Assembly: GCF_009914755.1 (NCBI RefSeq)
Contig: NC_060944.1
Origin: the human T2T-CHM13v2.0 reference genome, Homo sapiens
Direction: 5' to 3' (one strand)
Length of the DNA: 64,000 nt
Shown here: positions 23,535 through 35,654 of the stretch, piece by piece
How positions within the stretch are numbered: the stretch's first letter is position 1
Layout of the letters: each line of letters starts with the position of its first letter
Notes under the pieces: model-generated
What the model was told of the DNA's origin: nothing
What the model saw: the letters and a program-made list of their open reading frames with translations, nothing else
Database searches by the model: none
Translations under genes and position numbers: made by a program

Positions 23535-25180
23535 GTAAAGGCCTGGTGACAGGCGCGGGCAGGCTGTGGCTGGGACCAGCGTCCTTGGCATGGTGCTGCG
23601 GCCCCTGCTGATCTGTGACTTCCTGGCCCCTACACAGGAGGGGCAGATGTGCTTCATGGCCTGTGATGGCCAGGAGCCATGCAAGTTACCCCGCTGGCCC
23701 CTCCAGGGCCCACCTGGCCTCCCTGAAGCCCTGGGGTGGAGTTGGCACCAGGCACCCCATGTGGGACGCTCTGCCCAGACCCTAAGGTGCCCACAAGTCC
23801 ACTGGGACCTTGTTAAAAACGAAGCCTCTGATTTACTTAGGGCTGGGTTGGGCCGAGACACTGGCTTTGGAGCAAGGTCTCACTTGCTGGCTTCACCTGG
23901 GTGGTGAGCCCCCAGCCCACGCGACTCCCGCACCACCTCACCTCCCACACCTGCAATCTCACTTGGAGGATGCTGGGGCCTGGGTCGTACCCCCACAGAT
24001 GCAGGTTTAGTTGGCCAAGAGCCTCCTGGGTGACTCAGGGTTGAGGCCGTCGGTTTGGCTTTGACACCTCTGGGCCTCTCTTCTTCCTGAAAGACAGAGG
24101 CTGCTCCCCTGCTCCTAAGCTGTCTCAGTGTGCCTTCCCTACACCCTCCCACCAAAGCATCCAGAAGGTTCCTCCACTCACCTCCTGCTGCCCCCTCACA
24201 CCCTGCCAGCCCTGGCTCTGTGGGAAGCGGGATTGCGATGGCTGGTCCCGTTGCCCCCGCCTCCTCGGAATCCAGCTTGGGAACTGCAGCCATGAGGCTG
24301 AACCACAGACAGGGTGGACACAGGCAGTGATGACGGGACAAGCAGCCGTAAGGCACATAACGGCAGAACACGGCCCCCCAGCATTTGGCATGGAGGAGCC
24401 AACTCAACCCTCAGAACCTCCTGCTAGGCCAGCACTCCCGCAGGATCCTGCCCCATCGGAAGGGATGGGGAACAGGCCCAGAAAGGGAAATCACTCACCC
24501 AGGGTCACACAGCCAGCAGGTGGCGGGGCTGAGGCTTGGACCCTGGCAGCCGGGTGTGGTGGCTCGTCAGCCTGGGCTCTGCAGATGGCAGTGTTCTGAG
24601 AAGAGAGCCCGGAGGAGGCTGCATCTCCACCCCAGGGCCCCGCCTCCAGCCACATGCCTGTGAGCCACACCTAAAAACAATTAGTGAGGGAGCTGCTGCT
24701 GTGGAATCAGTCCCAGGCCTCAGGAACCAGCCCTGGCGAGTGCCCGTCTCAGGCTGTTGCCTCGGGGGGTCCCTGGGGTCCCATTTCCTTTCCAGCTCTG
24801 AAGAGGCGCAGGCTCCAGGGCTTTGAGGATGGTGGAGACGAAGGCCAGGTGTTACAGCGCCCAGGCCCACAGCAGGGGAGGCGGCCAACACCGACAGCAG
24901 GCCCTCCACTCATGCTTTTGTGTGTGCTTTACAAAATTATTATTATTATTTTTACCAACCAAGAAGTTGATAGATGAATTCTTGTTGAAGTGGAAACAGA
25001 ACAAGCATCATCATTCGGCAGATCTTGAGCACCTCCTGTGTGCCCAGTACCAACAGGAGGGGCCCAGGCCCTGCCCACCCAGAGCTTTCCGCAGAGTAGG
25101 GAGTCGAGTGACAAAGTGTGGAAGCCACCAAGTGAACCAGCACGTGAGTCGATTGCAGACTCCGGCGAGGCTGCAAGGCA

Positions 25181-25471
25181 GCCTCCCTCACTGGATGCTA
25201 AGCTCAGCTAGGTGGGCGGGTTCCATTTGTTCCCCTGCATCTGGCAGGGCCCCTTGCACACACACGGCACTAATGGGCTCTTAGTGATCCAGGCTTAATG
25301 GCAGGATCACGGAGCAGGCCCTGGGGGGTGGAAATGAGCAGGGCGGGCACTGCTTTGGGCCCAGTGGTCCGAGAAGACCCAGGTGAGGAGGCTGCATTGA
25401 GCTGAGATGTAATTGGTTCATTGAGAAAGGCAGGGAAGAGCATGGCAGCAGTGGGAACAGCCCTCGAAAAG
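25181..25471 (+). repeat. Copy A of a ~290-bp dispersed direct repeat (L2-derived)
   Basis: Aligns with 26917-27204; core 25284-25423 nearly identical. Confidence 0.92.
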
Positions 25472-26916
25472 GCAGCGAGCTGGGGAAGGCACGTCTGTGC
25501 AGCAGTGAAAGGCCGGGGGACTGGAGCAGAGTGACCTCCGTGACCTCAGGGGGGTCTCTGACATTCTCCAGGCCTGCTGACCCCAGCAGTGGAACTGGAA
25601 GGCTGAGGTTTGTCTTCTGAGGACTCTGGGCTCTTTGGCCTACTCCAAGCTGTGCCGTGTGAGTTCACCAGCAAGATGCTCTGGGGACCCTGCAAGGGCA
25701 TTGGAGGTCTCGAGGTTTTTACCTGCAGCATCCCCACCTTCAGGACCGCCATTCGGGCATCTGGAAATTCGAGGAACAGTGCTGCATTTTGTTTACTTAT
25801 TCCAAACCACTATTTTCCTTTAAAGCAGGGGGTGTTATTTGTTTCAGCATATCAAATTCCTGATTTCACGGGCATCACGGGTTAGGATGAGTTGAAGTGA
25901 ATGCAAAGATGATTGAAAGAGAAATATGTAGCAAACAGTGGTTTTGGTAGGCGAGGCTGGGGGAACCGGCTGAAGATGGCTCTCAGGGGCTGCAGGGTGG
26001 ACCAGCATCTCAGTCCATGCCTGCCCTGGCAGGTGGCTCAGATCCACTCAGCCATTTACACACTGTACCACCTTTACAAGCTGCACCACCACTGACGTCC
26101 CCATCCCCGAGAGGGGGAGGGTAGAGCCTCGCAGCTGCATCTTTGGGTCATCGGGAAGTCCTTGAGTCAGTGCAGGCAAAGACCTGTGATGTCTGAGGCT
26201 AGCCACCATGAGCACCGCCTGGTGCCGGCCTGGGGACGGGGTCCACACAGAGCTCGAGGCCTCCACCCCTGTTCTTCTTATCTGCTTTGTGAGCCTGGCT
26301 GCAGCCTCTTTGCTGACACCTCCCAAGGTCAGCATTCACTTTGTCAATTTTATCCACAATTCTGGCACCTGGAAATTGGCTTGGAAATTGGGACCACAGA
26401 AAGGAAATTCTGTTTTCTCTGCCCAAAAATGTCCCCACCCTGCTGTGTTTGGGTTTCCCTTTTCATCCTTTGGCTTTAGGGTAAATATCCTCAGGGAAGC
26501 CACCCGGGAGGTCAAGGATGGGATGGGTTTCCCCAGACAACTGCCCCCCAGTCAGTCCCCCGCCCCAGGCCTGACTTATTCCTCCTCGCCCACTTCTAGA
26601 CACTTGCCATCTGTCCTCCCACCTGTGCTGGCATCAGGCAGAGGCTGTGCCTGTCTTGCTCATGGCAGAATCTCCTGTGCCTGACATGGTGCCTGGCACA
26701 CAGTAGGTGCTCAGTAAATGTGTAAGGGGTTTCCATAGATTGAACACCTGATCACCATGGCCTGTTCCCCCAGTGGAGCCCCACCTGTGAAGGCTGCAGG
26801 GCTTCTGCCCTCCGTGACTCCCCAGCACCCAGCTCAGCACTTGGCACATAGCAGGTGCTCAGGAAATGCTTTTGAGTAAGTGAAATAATTCCATTGCCAG
26901 TGCCTGTTTGTCATCT

Positions 26917-27204
26917 GCCTCCCCAACTAGACATTAAGCTAAGCCAGGTGGGCTGACTCTGTCTGTTCCCCGGCAGCTGGCAGGGCCCCCTGCACACACA
27001 GAACACTGATGGACTCTCTGTGATCCAGGGTTAATGGCAGGATCACGGAGCAGGCCCTGGGGTGGAAATGAGCAGGGCGGGCACTGCTTTGGGCCCAGTG
27101 GTCGGAGAAGACCCAGGTGAGGAGGCTGCATTGAGCTGAGATGTAATTGGTTCATTGGGAAAGGCGGGGAAATCATCACAGCAGTGGAAACAGCCCTTGC
27201 AAAG
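26917..27204 (+). repeat. Copy B of a ~290-bp dispersed direct repeat
   Basis: Aligns with 25181-25471; core 27020-27157. Confidence 0.92.
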
Positions 27205-28023
27205 CTGCATCTTTCAAAGAAAGGGTTGAGGTGGTTATGTAGTCTTGTATTTGGAAATTGGGGCTCACCTGTAGGCAAACAGTTTTCCTGACGGAAGGAA
27301 GAAGATGATTGTGGAGCAGCCCGAGGCCTGCCTGTGAAAGAAGGGAGAATGGGACAAGGTGGTGGCCGTCGCTCAAGAGTGTTTTGCTCCGGGAAGGGGA
27401 GGCAGAAAGGGCTATTCTGAAGGCGGAATTGACAAAGATTTGGCAAATTAGGCTTGGTGGAAGGGGACTGGGGGCTGGCCTCCTCCCTTCCTGTCCATCT
27501 GGTAGACTGGAAGCTTTTAACCTGGGTTTATTGGAAGAAGCTCTAGTGGGAGAGCCGCACAGGAGAATCTCATCTGTGAGTGGATGTTAAGAGCGGCCAG
27601 GAGGCACTTCGCAAAGGCGAACAGGAACCACGGAAAGGAGCCCGGGGTGTTGGCGGCAGAGGGAGGGCACTTTCCTTGGTTGGTAATTTAGGGAACATTT
27701 GGTGAAGGGCAGGAATGGCTGGTGAGAGCTAGCTTAGAGAGGGGCGTTATATGTGCAGGGGCTTTCCAGATAAATCACAGAAATGATCGCTGTAGAATAT
27801 CTACTGCGTGCACTGCTCTTTAGCTGTGGTTTATGCACATTGCTTAGCAGCACTCTTGGTAAGAAAGTTGGGCCTCGCCAGTGGACTAGGCCCCCTAACC
27901 CCGAGGCGCCTGCTAGCTCAGTGTTTTTGGTCTGTAAACTTGAGCCTGGCATTGGCTGTGGCTTGGACAGGGCCCAGTGACACCTTTGCCTGAGACTCAC
28001 CTGTGTGTTTGTGTGTTGGGCAG

Positions 28024-28101
28024 CGCTGGAGAAGAAGATGGCCGGCAGGCAAGGCCGAGAGGAGCTCATCAAGAAGGGGCTGCTGGAGATGATGGAGCAG
28101 G
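28024..28101 (+). CDS. PHACTR3: PHACTR3 coding exon 3 (78 nt, phase 1-1): (A)LEKKMAGRQGREELIKKGLLEMMEQ, N-terminal RPEL (G-actin-binding) motif
   Basis: cAG at 28022-23, donor CAGG|GTAAGT at 28102; frame continuous with exons 2 and 4. Confidence 0.96.
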
Positions 28102-29868
28102 GTAAGTGGGACCCGTCCCTGGCTTGGAAGGGCACGGTGCTGGGAATGCAGAATGGAAAGTCTCACATGAGCCCAGGAAGCCCATCAGAAACAGTGTAGA
28201 ATCCAAGGAGGGCCGTGTTCAGATGAAGCCTGCAAGGTTGGAGAGACGCCCCATGTCAGGAGCCATTCCATTGGTCCAGCCCCCAGGGGCATGGGAGACC
28301 CCATTACTGAGCTGAAGAGCTCCCCCTCATGGCACCACTCCTCTCTGGGGAATGTCTAACAGAGCTGGGTGTGCATGAATCTGGTGGTTTATCCCAATTC
28401 CTTTAAAGTGGTAGCAGTGGTTTTTTCAGCATTAATTTTTTTTTCATATTCACATTTCAGTCCTCCATTTGGGCAAATTATTTTTAATTCCACTATTACC
28501 TACTCCCCCTACCACCATGTAGGAAGCATTCAGGACATGCTGGGGCGGGGTGGGATATTGTGCACGCCCTGTCTCATTGGTCTTCCCAGCATCCCTGGGG
28601 AGAGAGGCAGCGGCTATCCCACTTGCAGACGAGGCGTGGGAGGGTCTGGGTGGTGACTGCCCCAAGTCATTGCAGCCTGAGAGCAGAGACACAGAACAAA
28701 TCCTGATCTCTTGGTCTCTGGTCTAGAGAGCTTAATCTCAGTGGGGTCTACATAATCATCTTTGTTTCCATCTTTCAGAAAGGCCAGTTATTATCACTCA
28801 TGCAATTAACTGAACAGAGTTCTTTAATTCCCAAGTCTTTCTCTTTGTGATGGATTCCTGGAGGTGTGAGGCCCAGGACTTAGATGCTGACACTAGCCCT
28901 TGGTGCCTTCCGGTTCCCTGAGAGGCTAAATCTTGGTTAGGAGGTTTCACAACACCTCACTGCCTCTGGAAGACTCTCTGGAGCTGGACCAAGCTCTGGC
29001 CTGCTGATTTGAGGAATCTGGCCATGCATAGCCAGTTTCCTGAGGCTTGCATGGATATATTGAATTCCTCTCTCCCCACTTCAGCCTTAAAATATTACTA
29101 GTGTCTTTGTAATTTGGCCCAAATGTCAGGAATTAGGAAGGAAGCTCATGAAATAAACGAATCCAGATTTTATGCAGCCGGGCCTGTCAGCACACAAACC
29201 CGATTGTGGGCCCAGGCTTTTGTCATTGTTTCCCCTCTTTAGACTCGAAGAGTGAAGTATTTTGATGATGCTATTTTTAGGGGAAATCTACATGGGAAAT
29301 TGCTTCATAGTGATAATAAAACCTTACATGTGCGAGGAAAGCTTGGTGTCAAGTCCCGTGGCACTCAGATGGTTAACGCCGTCGTGACGCTCGGATTTGG
29401 CGGAATGCGGTTGCTGAGCTAGAAATCTGGAGGATTTTCACTGGGATGGGACAAAAAAGTGTCAAACTCCGGCATTTTGAATATGTTGCCAACAAGCATA
29501 CCTTTGGATCTTAGGGAAGGAGAAAGGAAGATGAAAACAATGCTAAGGCCTTTTCTCATCTATTCTAAAAAAAACACTACTTTTGTTGAGTAAAGAGTAA
29601 GTATATAGATTTGGTTCCTCTCAAAAATGAAGCTATAGTTTGACTAATTAAAGGGGAAAACTTCTAGGAGCGTTGGCTTTTTTCCACTCTGAATTTTTGC
29701 AAGATGACTTTGTCTGATGAAGTCATAGCAGAGGCTGGAGACGAATGCTTGGCCGCGGCCAGGCTGACAGTGTGGCTCTCACCCTGCTGCCGTGGGAGCC
29801 TGGTCTCTGGCTTCCGTGCCTCTGACGGCGACATCACACACCCGCAGGCTTACAGAATCACTTTAGAT

Positions 29869-30181
29869 CAGGGTCGGCAAACCTTTTCTGGAGAGGGTCA
29901 GATAGTGCATATTTCAGGGGGACGTGCAGTCTCTGTTGCAACTACTTGTCTCTGCTTTTGTAGCGCAAAGGCAGCCGGAGACAAAACATGCATGAGAGGG
30001 CATGGCTGTGTCCCAAGAAAACTTTATTTATGGCCACTGGCCTTTGAATTTTATATAATTTTCATGTGCCACAAACTATTATTTTTCTTTTGATTTTTTT
30101 TTCTTTTGTCAACCATTTAAAGATGTCAAATCCAGGTGGGGGAGCTGGATTGGTCCCCACATTGTGGTTTGCTCATCTCTA
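29869..30181. mobile_element. MER58B (hAT-Charlie)
   Basis: cagggtcggcaaaccttttctggagagggtcagatag...catggctgtgtcccaagaaaactttatttatgg...tttgaattttatataattttcatgtg. Confidence 0.85.
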
Positions 30182-30539
30182 CCTTCCATACTCTCTCTCT
30201 TGCTAAATGATTGTGGACCAGGGACTAGAGTGGCCTGAAACACAGTCTCTTTCCTTGAGAGGGAAAATGCACTCCTAAATTGATGCCATGACATTTTATT
30301 GAGGGCCCACTCTGTGTCAGGGTCTGTGCTAGCTGCTGAGGACACAGGTGAGCAAAATACTGTTCTGAACGCACATCCAGTGGGGCCATTAGGTAATCCC
30401 ACAAAAAGCCGGCAACTCACAACCACAGTGAGTGCAGTGAAGGATGCAGCACCCTAAGATCATGAGACAGGACCTGACCTGGTTCTCGGGGGGCCGGGAG
30501 ATGTTTGAGTCAGGTCCAAAGGTGGGCAGGAGGACCTAG

Positions 30540-30710
30540 GCTGGTTCTCAGAGTCTGTTGCATATTAGGATCACCTGGAGAGATTTAATAACCCTCCACC
30601 GCTCAGGCAGCAGTTAAATTAGATGCGCTGGGCGTGGGACCCAGGCAGCAGTGCTTCCTCATCCTCCACAGCTGATTCCGACTTTGATGCAGGAAGGTTG
30701 AAAAGCCAAG
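30540..30710. mobile_element. MER5A (hAT-Charlie)
   Basis: ggttctca...gcatattaggatcacctggagag...ctgggcgtgggacccaggca...gctgattc...ggttgaaaagcca. Confidence 0.7.
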
Positions 30711-31452
30711 AGACAGAAGGAAGCGGGGAGTGACTTCCAGCCCACAGGAGCAGCAAGCACAAGTCCCCGCGGTGGAAGGGACCTTGAGATGGTGGGTTGG
30801 GTTGGAGGAAAGGAGGAAGGAGGAAGCAGGAAAGGGAGAGGGGCTTGGGTCAAGACGCCTCCCGTCTTCCCTGCCCACACACCGGCTGGGGTGGCAGAGG
30901 CATGACCACGCTGCTGCGGGAGCCTGGGGCGGCCACAGTGCGAGTGGGTGGGATCTACGAGGAGCCCGAGTGTCTCTGCAGGGAAATATCAGGGACCGGG
31001 CAGCAGGGGTTGCTCTGGGAGGGGACTTGGACTTGCTTTTCGCAGTCGACTCTTCTGTGCTGCTTGAATCCTTTACTGTGTGCCACCTGTAATCAACCTG
31101 TAATCAACGTGCTGTAATAACGGGATCCACGCAGATGCTTGGCCACAGGCTCCCGGCTAAATCCTTCCCTGCACCGCAGTTTCCGTCCTGCACTAGCTTC
31201 AAAAATGTCTTTTCTCACTGGGTCGACCTGAGGTCAGACCCTGTCTGTCCCTAATCCTCCTGGTGCTGGGTCACCGGGTCCTCTTGCAGGATGACTGGAA
31301 TTGTTGGCGGTGGCTGTGCACCTGCCCTCTCCGGCTCAGGGGAGGATCAGGCTTGAGGGCTGTTGCTCTGGGGTAGGCACGCAGTGCCGCCGCCTCTGCT
31401 GTGGATGTGAGGACTCTCCAGGGTGAGGAGCAGAGGCGCTTTCCTGGCTTTG

Positions 31453-31492
31453 GGGTTAAGGAACCGGCTTCAGGGTTAAGGAACCGGCTTCA
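31453..31492. repeat. Perfect 20-bp tandem duplication (GGGTTAAGGAACCGGCTTCA x2)
   Basis: Direct reading. Confidence 0.92.
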
Positions 31493-32825
31493 GCCACCGC
31501 CTTCCACTGCTGGCAGGGACGAATCTGAAGCCGGGGGCGCCCTCCTGTGGCCGGCCAGGCTCATGAGCCTCCCTGCAAGGTGGACGGGACTTCATGCAGG
31601 ACAGGCCCTGTGAGGCTGTGGGAGTGGATTGTCAGGGACTCCGGAGCCTCATTTGAGCCCCCTCGAAACTCACATTTGAACTTCCTTGGCCAGGACAAAC
31701 CCCAGGATTGCCCTCTGCCCTGCACACGCGCATGTATGCACACACACATGTACATACACATTGGACACCCTGGAGCTTGCCCTGAAGCAGGTGGGCAGCC
31801 TGGTGGAGTGAGCCGGACTCTGGGCAGGGCCAGCAGAAGAGAGCCCGCCAGCTCCCGGGGGTGAGGCAGCATCCAGGGCATGAGTTTGCTCCCTCTGGGG
31901 TGTTACTTTATGATCGATGGTCTGTTTTATGAACCACTGTGACCCCCTCCCCTCTCGTTCCTGTGACTCTAGTCGCCAGCTTGGACCTAGGAAGGACCCT
32001 ACTGGTGGCGTTATTACATGACTAGATGTGTGCAGTGGAGCCCGTTGTGCCCTGGGGAGGGCAGAGGGGACCCCTCTGATCTCTTCAGTGCTCCTTCCAC
32101 CCTCGTCTCGGATATCCGTGACTAAGTGAGGCCAGACCAAATCTCTGGTACAAGGGGTCCCCTTCCCCAGCCCCCTTGCCCTGGTCCCCAGCCCACGTTT
32201 CTCTGTGCTGGACACTGTTTATGTTCTGAATGACTTTCCTCCATCTCCCTGTATGCGTTGACTTGGCATTTTCTTAAATAATTTAAGGAATTTCCTACCC
32301 CGTCATTGGGTATAAAAGAAGAGAGTTTATTACTCTGTGCTGTGTTCAGTGACTTGAGATTGACTAGGCATTCTTTCCTCAGGGAATTGGACAGTGACAA
32401 ATCAAGTCTATCTGGTTTCCATGTGGTAGGAACGCCGGGGGACACATGTCTGCACGTGTGCACACACATGCACGTGCACCTGTGTGCACCCACCTGTGCT
32501 TGCACTGTGCACATGTGCCACGACACACGTGTGTGCCTGCGTGTGCATCTGTGAGTGTGTGTGCATGTCTGCAACACGTTCCCTCTCACTGTGGCTGCTC
32601 AGGTGCACTGCCCCGCGCTCCCCTCTGCAGCCCTCAGAAGGAGAGTGGCCGGGCGGAGGCTGGCCTTCCAGCGAGAGGAGCAGGGCCTGGGCTCCCACCG
32701 CTCCCCCAACCCCTCCCCAACCAGCGTTTCTTAGCAACGGCCCTGCCACCAGGGCTATTTTGGGAACTGAAACTTTTCACTGAACATGATTATGAGCTGG
32801 AGCTCTGACCGCAGCCCAGAGAAGT

Positions 32826-32883
32826 CCTGCAAGAAGTCCTTGCAGAAAACCTGCAAGAAGTCCTTGCAGAAAACCTGCAAGAA
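32826..32883. repeat. 24-bp tandem (CCTGCAAGAAGTCCTTGCAGAAAA) x2.4 with an internal inverted repeat
   Basis: Direct reading. Confidence 0.92.
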
Positions 32884-34073
32884 AGCAGGGGAAGGTTCAA
32901 AGACTGTGGAGGGGCATGGTGCTTTTCTGAGTCTGGAGACCTCTGGGCCTTCCAGGTTCTATGTTCTGACCTTTTTATAGTGGCAGTTGTGATGATTTTG
33001 ATGATGACGATGGAGGCATCCTTATTATTAACAGCAGTGACAGTCATGGCAGCAAAAGACCTGTGCATTCTAAGGTTTGGTGTCCATAACTGCAAGTGGT
33101 GGGTGGCAGCCTTGCCTGTCACATAGGGTAGGTGTGAAGCTCAAGCTGGCAGAGCCCTGTGCTCCCCTACGCCAGCTCTCACATTCCCTGTGTGTTGCCA
33201 GGGGCTGGGTAAGCTGTGCTGTCACGGTTGCACGTCAAATGCGAGTAAGTCGGTCACGAGAAGGGGCTGGTTTCAGTTTTCAGCTTTGTGACCTCTAATT
33301 TTGTCTACTCGGTGAGCTCTCTTGGCTTGTATCTGGGTTGGTGGGCTGTTATAGCCAAGGGTCAAATGTGGCTCAGGACCTGTTTTTATGTGGTCTTTGA
33401 GCTAAGAATGCTTTTTAAATAGAAAAGACTTTCATAAAAATTAAAAAAAAAAAATCAAGGGTTGCAGCACGGGGGATACAGCACGTGGCCCACAGAGCCC
33501 GTCACAATGGCCATCTGCGCCTTATGGGAAGAGCCTGCCAGCCTCGCCTGGACCTCTGGGCAACTGACGCGGCTGCATGGATGAGATCGTCCAGCCCTAA
33601 ATCTCCAGACTTCTGGCATGGCTGACCTTTTCATTCTCCCCGGAGGAGACGTGTGCGGCAGAGGGAATATGATCAGCAGCGATGACAAGCTCAAATCTCT
33701 TCCAGGGTCCCAGGCAGGAAATGGGTCTGGCATGAGTCCTGGGTGTGGTGAGGACTCTGGAGGGAGAAACGGTTCTGTCCTAAGCCTGCTGTTAGCAGAT
33801 GGGCCCAAAGGTGCAGACCAAGGGGCCAGATCACTCTTGTCACCCTCCTCTTCTCGTTGTCAGAAACCATCACCAACAACAATGACAGAAAGCACATGTA
33901 AAGTGCCTACCTTATGCCAGACACATTCCATACCCTAGCTCCGTTAATTCTCACTATGTTGCCATGAAGCAAGCAGAAATATTATCCCCATTTTATAGAT
34001 AAGGAAATTGAGATCCAGAGGAATTTGCTATTTGGGCACAAAACACCGTTTGCAGGTGGTGGGACGCATGATG

Positions 34074-34188
34074 GGGTGACTGTATACTGTTTGTCCAAAC
34101 AGGACACTTTTAGGAGTGAAAGGGACACTGTTGAAGGACACAGGGATGGCAGGTAGGAATCGGGACTGACCAGGTCCTATGGACCCTG
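34074..34188. mobile_element. MER81-like (hAT-Blackjack) MITE
   Basis: gggtgactgtatactgtttgtccaaacaggacacttttaggagtgaaaggg...cgggactg...tatggaccct. Confidence 0.7.
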
Positions 34189-35471
34189 ACCCTGAAGTAA
34201 ATGTTGCCTCCTCCTTCCACTGCCAGGATGGGACGTGTGTGGAAGGAGGTCAGCGTAGGCTAGCATCCCCAAACGGCCACCTCGTGGCTGTGTCGACATG
34301 TGCAGGTCACACTGCCCTCTGCACCGGGCCTCCAGGAACTGCTGTAGAGATTGAGAGGAGTCCTGCAGGGCTATGTGGAGGCTTTGTGCATGGGGCTGTA
34401 ACGTGCATCTCAGTGACGTGACTGTGACTTGCTGGCCGAGGGCCCTGCCATCCTGCAGTTGGGTAACTGAGCCATTTATTTTGCTCTCCAAGTGCTGAGC
34501 CCCTCAGCATTAAGGTGCAAACCCAGGGATGGCAAGTGAAGGGCCAGACCCTCAGAGGCTGCAGCAGCCGAGCTTCAAGAGACGGAAAGCACCAGGTCCT
34601 TCCTTATGCCCTGCTAGTGCCTCCTCTTCTGGGAAGGCTGCCTGTCAGACCTAGGGACCCCCGGCTCTGTGGCCCCTCCATCCATGGGTGTGCCCCGTTC
34701 CTGGGCTCACGGTGCCATGTGTGGTCATCTGCGTGGCTTCCTCAGAGTGTGAGACCCCTGGGGGCAAGGACTGTATCTTACTAACCTCCACCTTGCCAGG
34801 GTTTATTACAGTGCCAGACACGTAGCCGGTGATAAGTAAACACCTGTTTAATGCCTGGCTGAGGGTCAAACGGTGGGTGCAGAGGTGAGTTGGTTCTCTG
34901 CAGCCATGACAACCCCTGCATCTCAGAGACCTACAGCAATCACCGTTTGTTGTCCCCTGTCTGGGTTGGCCTGTGATCTGCCCCGTGGGTCTGCTGACTC
35001 CAGCCAGCTGCTGGGCATGTCTTCAGGACAAAGGTCCAGGGAAACAGGAGGGACGAGCAGGGATGTGAAAGCACTTCTCATGCCAGTGCTGCATCATACC
35101 CACTGTGTCCCATCGACCAAAGCAAGCTCCAGGGCAGAGGCCGGGGTCAGAGTGGGGCTACTGCAAAGGTGCACGGCAGTGGGTGTGGACGTGGCTCAGG
35201 GGCACTGCAGTCTCCCACAGGTGTCGGAGGAAGAGTGCACACAGGGAGTGGAGTGTAAGAGCAGAAACCAGGCTAGGGTGTGCTGAGGTGCCCAGGGCTC
35301 CCCTGGAAAGTCCAGACTTGGAGAGGGACTCCTAGGGTGTGTGGTGAGGGGGAGAGGGGTGGCGGACCACCCAGAGCCTAGAATGGATACTTCTCAGAAA
35401 GACTCTTGGGACGACGGAAGGGATGAAGGAAGGGAGGTGCAGGCCCAGCTGACAGCTACATTTCCTTGTAG

Positions 35472-35654
35472 ATGCTGAAAGCAAAACTTGCAACCCCGAT
35501 GGAGGACCCCGATCTGTACAGAGTGAACCACCCACTCCCAAGTCGGAGACGCTGACTTCAGAAGATGCCCAGCCCGGAAGCCCCTTGGCCACTGGGACGG
35601 ACCAGGTCTCCCTGGACAAGCCACTGTCCTCAGCTGCCCACTTGGACGATGCAG
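35472..35654 (+). CDS. PHACTR3: PHACTR3 coding exon 4 (183 nt, phase 1-1): (D)AESKTCNPDGGPRSVQSEPPTPKSETLTSEDAQPGSPLATGTDQVSLDKPLSSAAHLDDA
   Basis: Acceptor tttccttgtAG at 35470-71, donor GCAG|GTACTG at 35655; open frame. Confidence 0.95.

Noticed and set aside
30860-31560. CpG-enriched stretch as a CpG-island promoter
   Set aside because: CpGs are only modestly elevated by eye, with many TpG/CpA and no clear core promoter or exon. A CpG observed/expected calculation and CAGE data would be needed.
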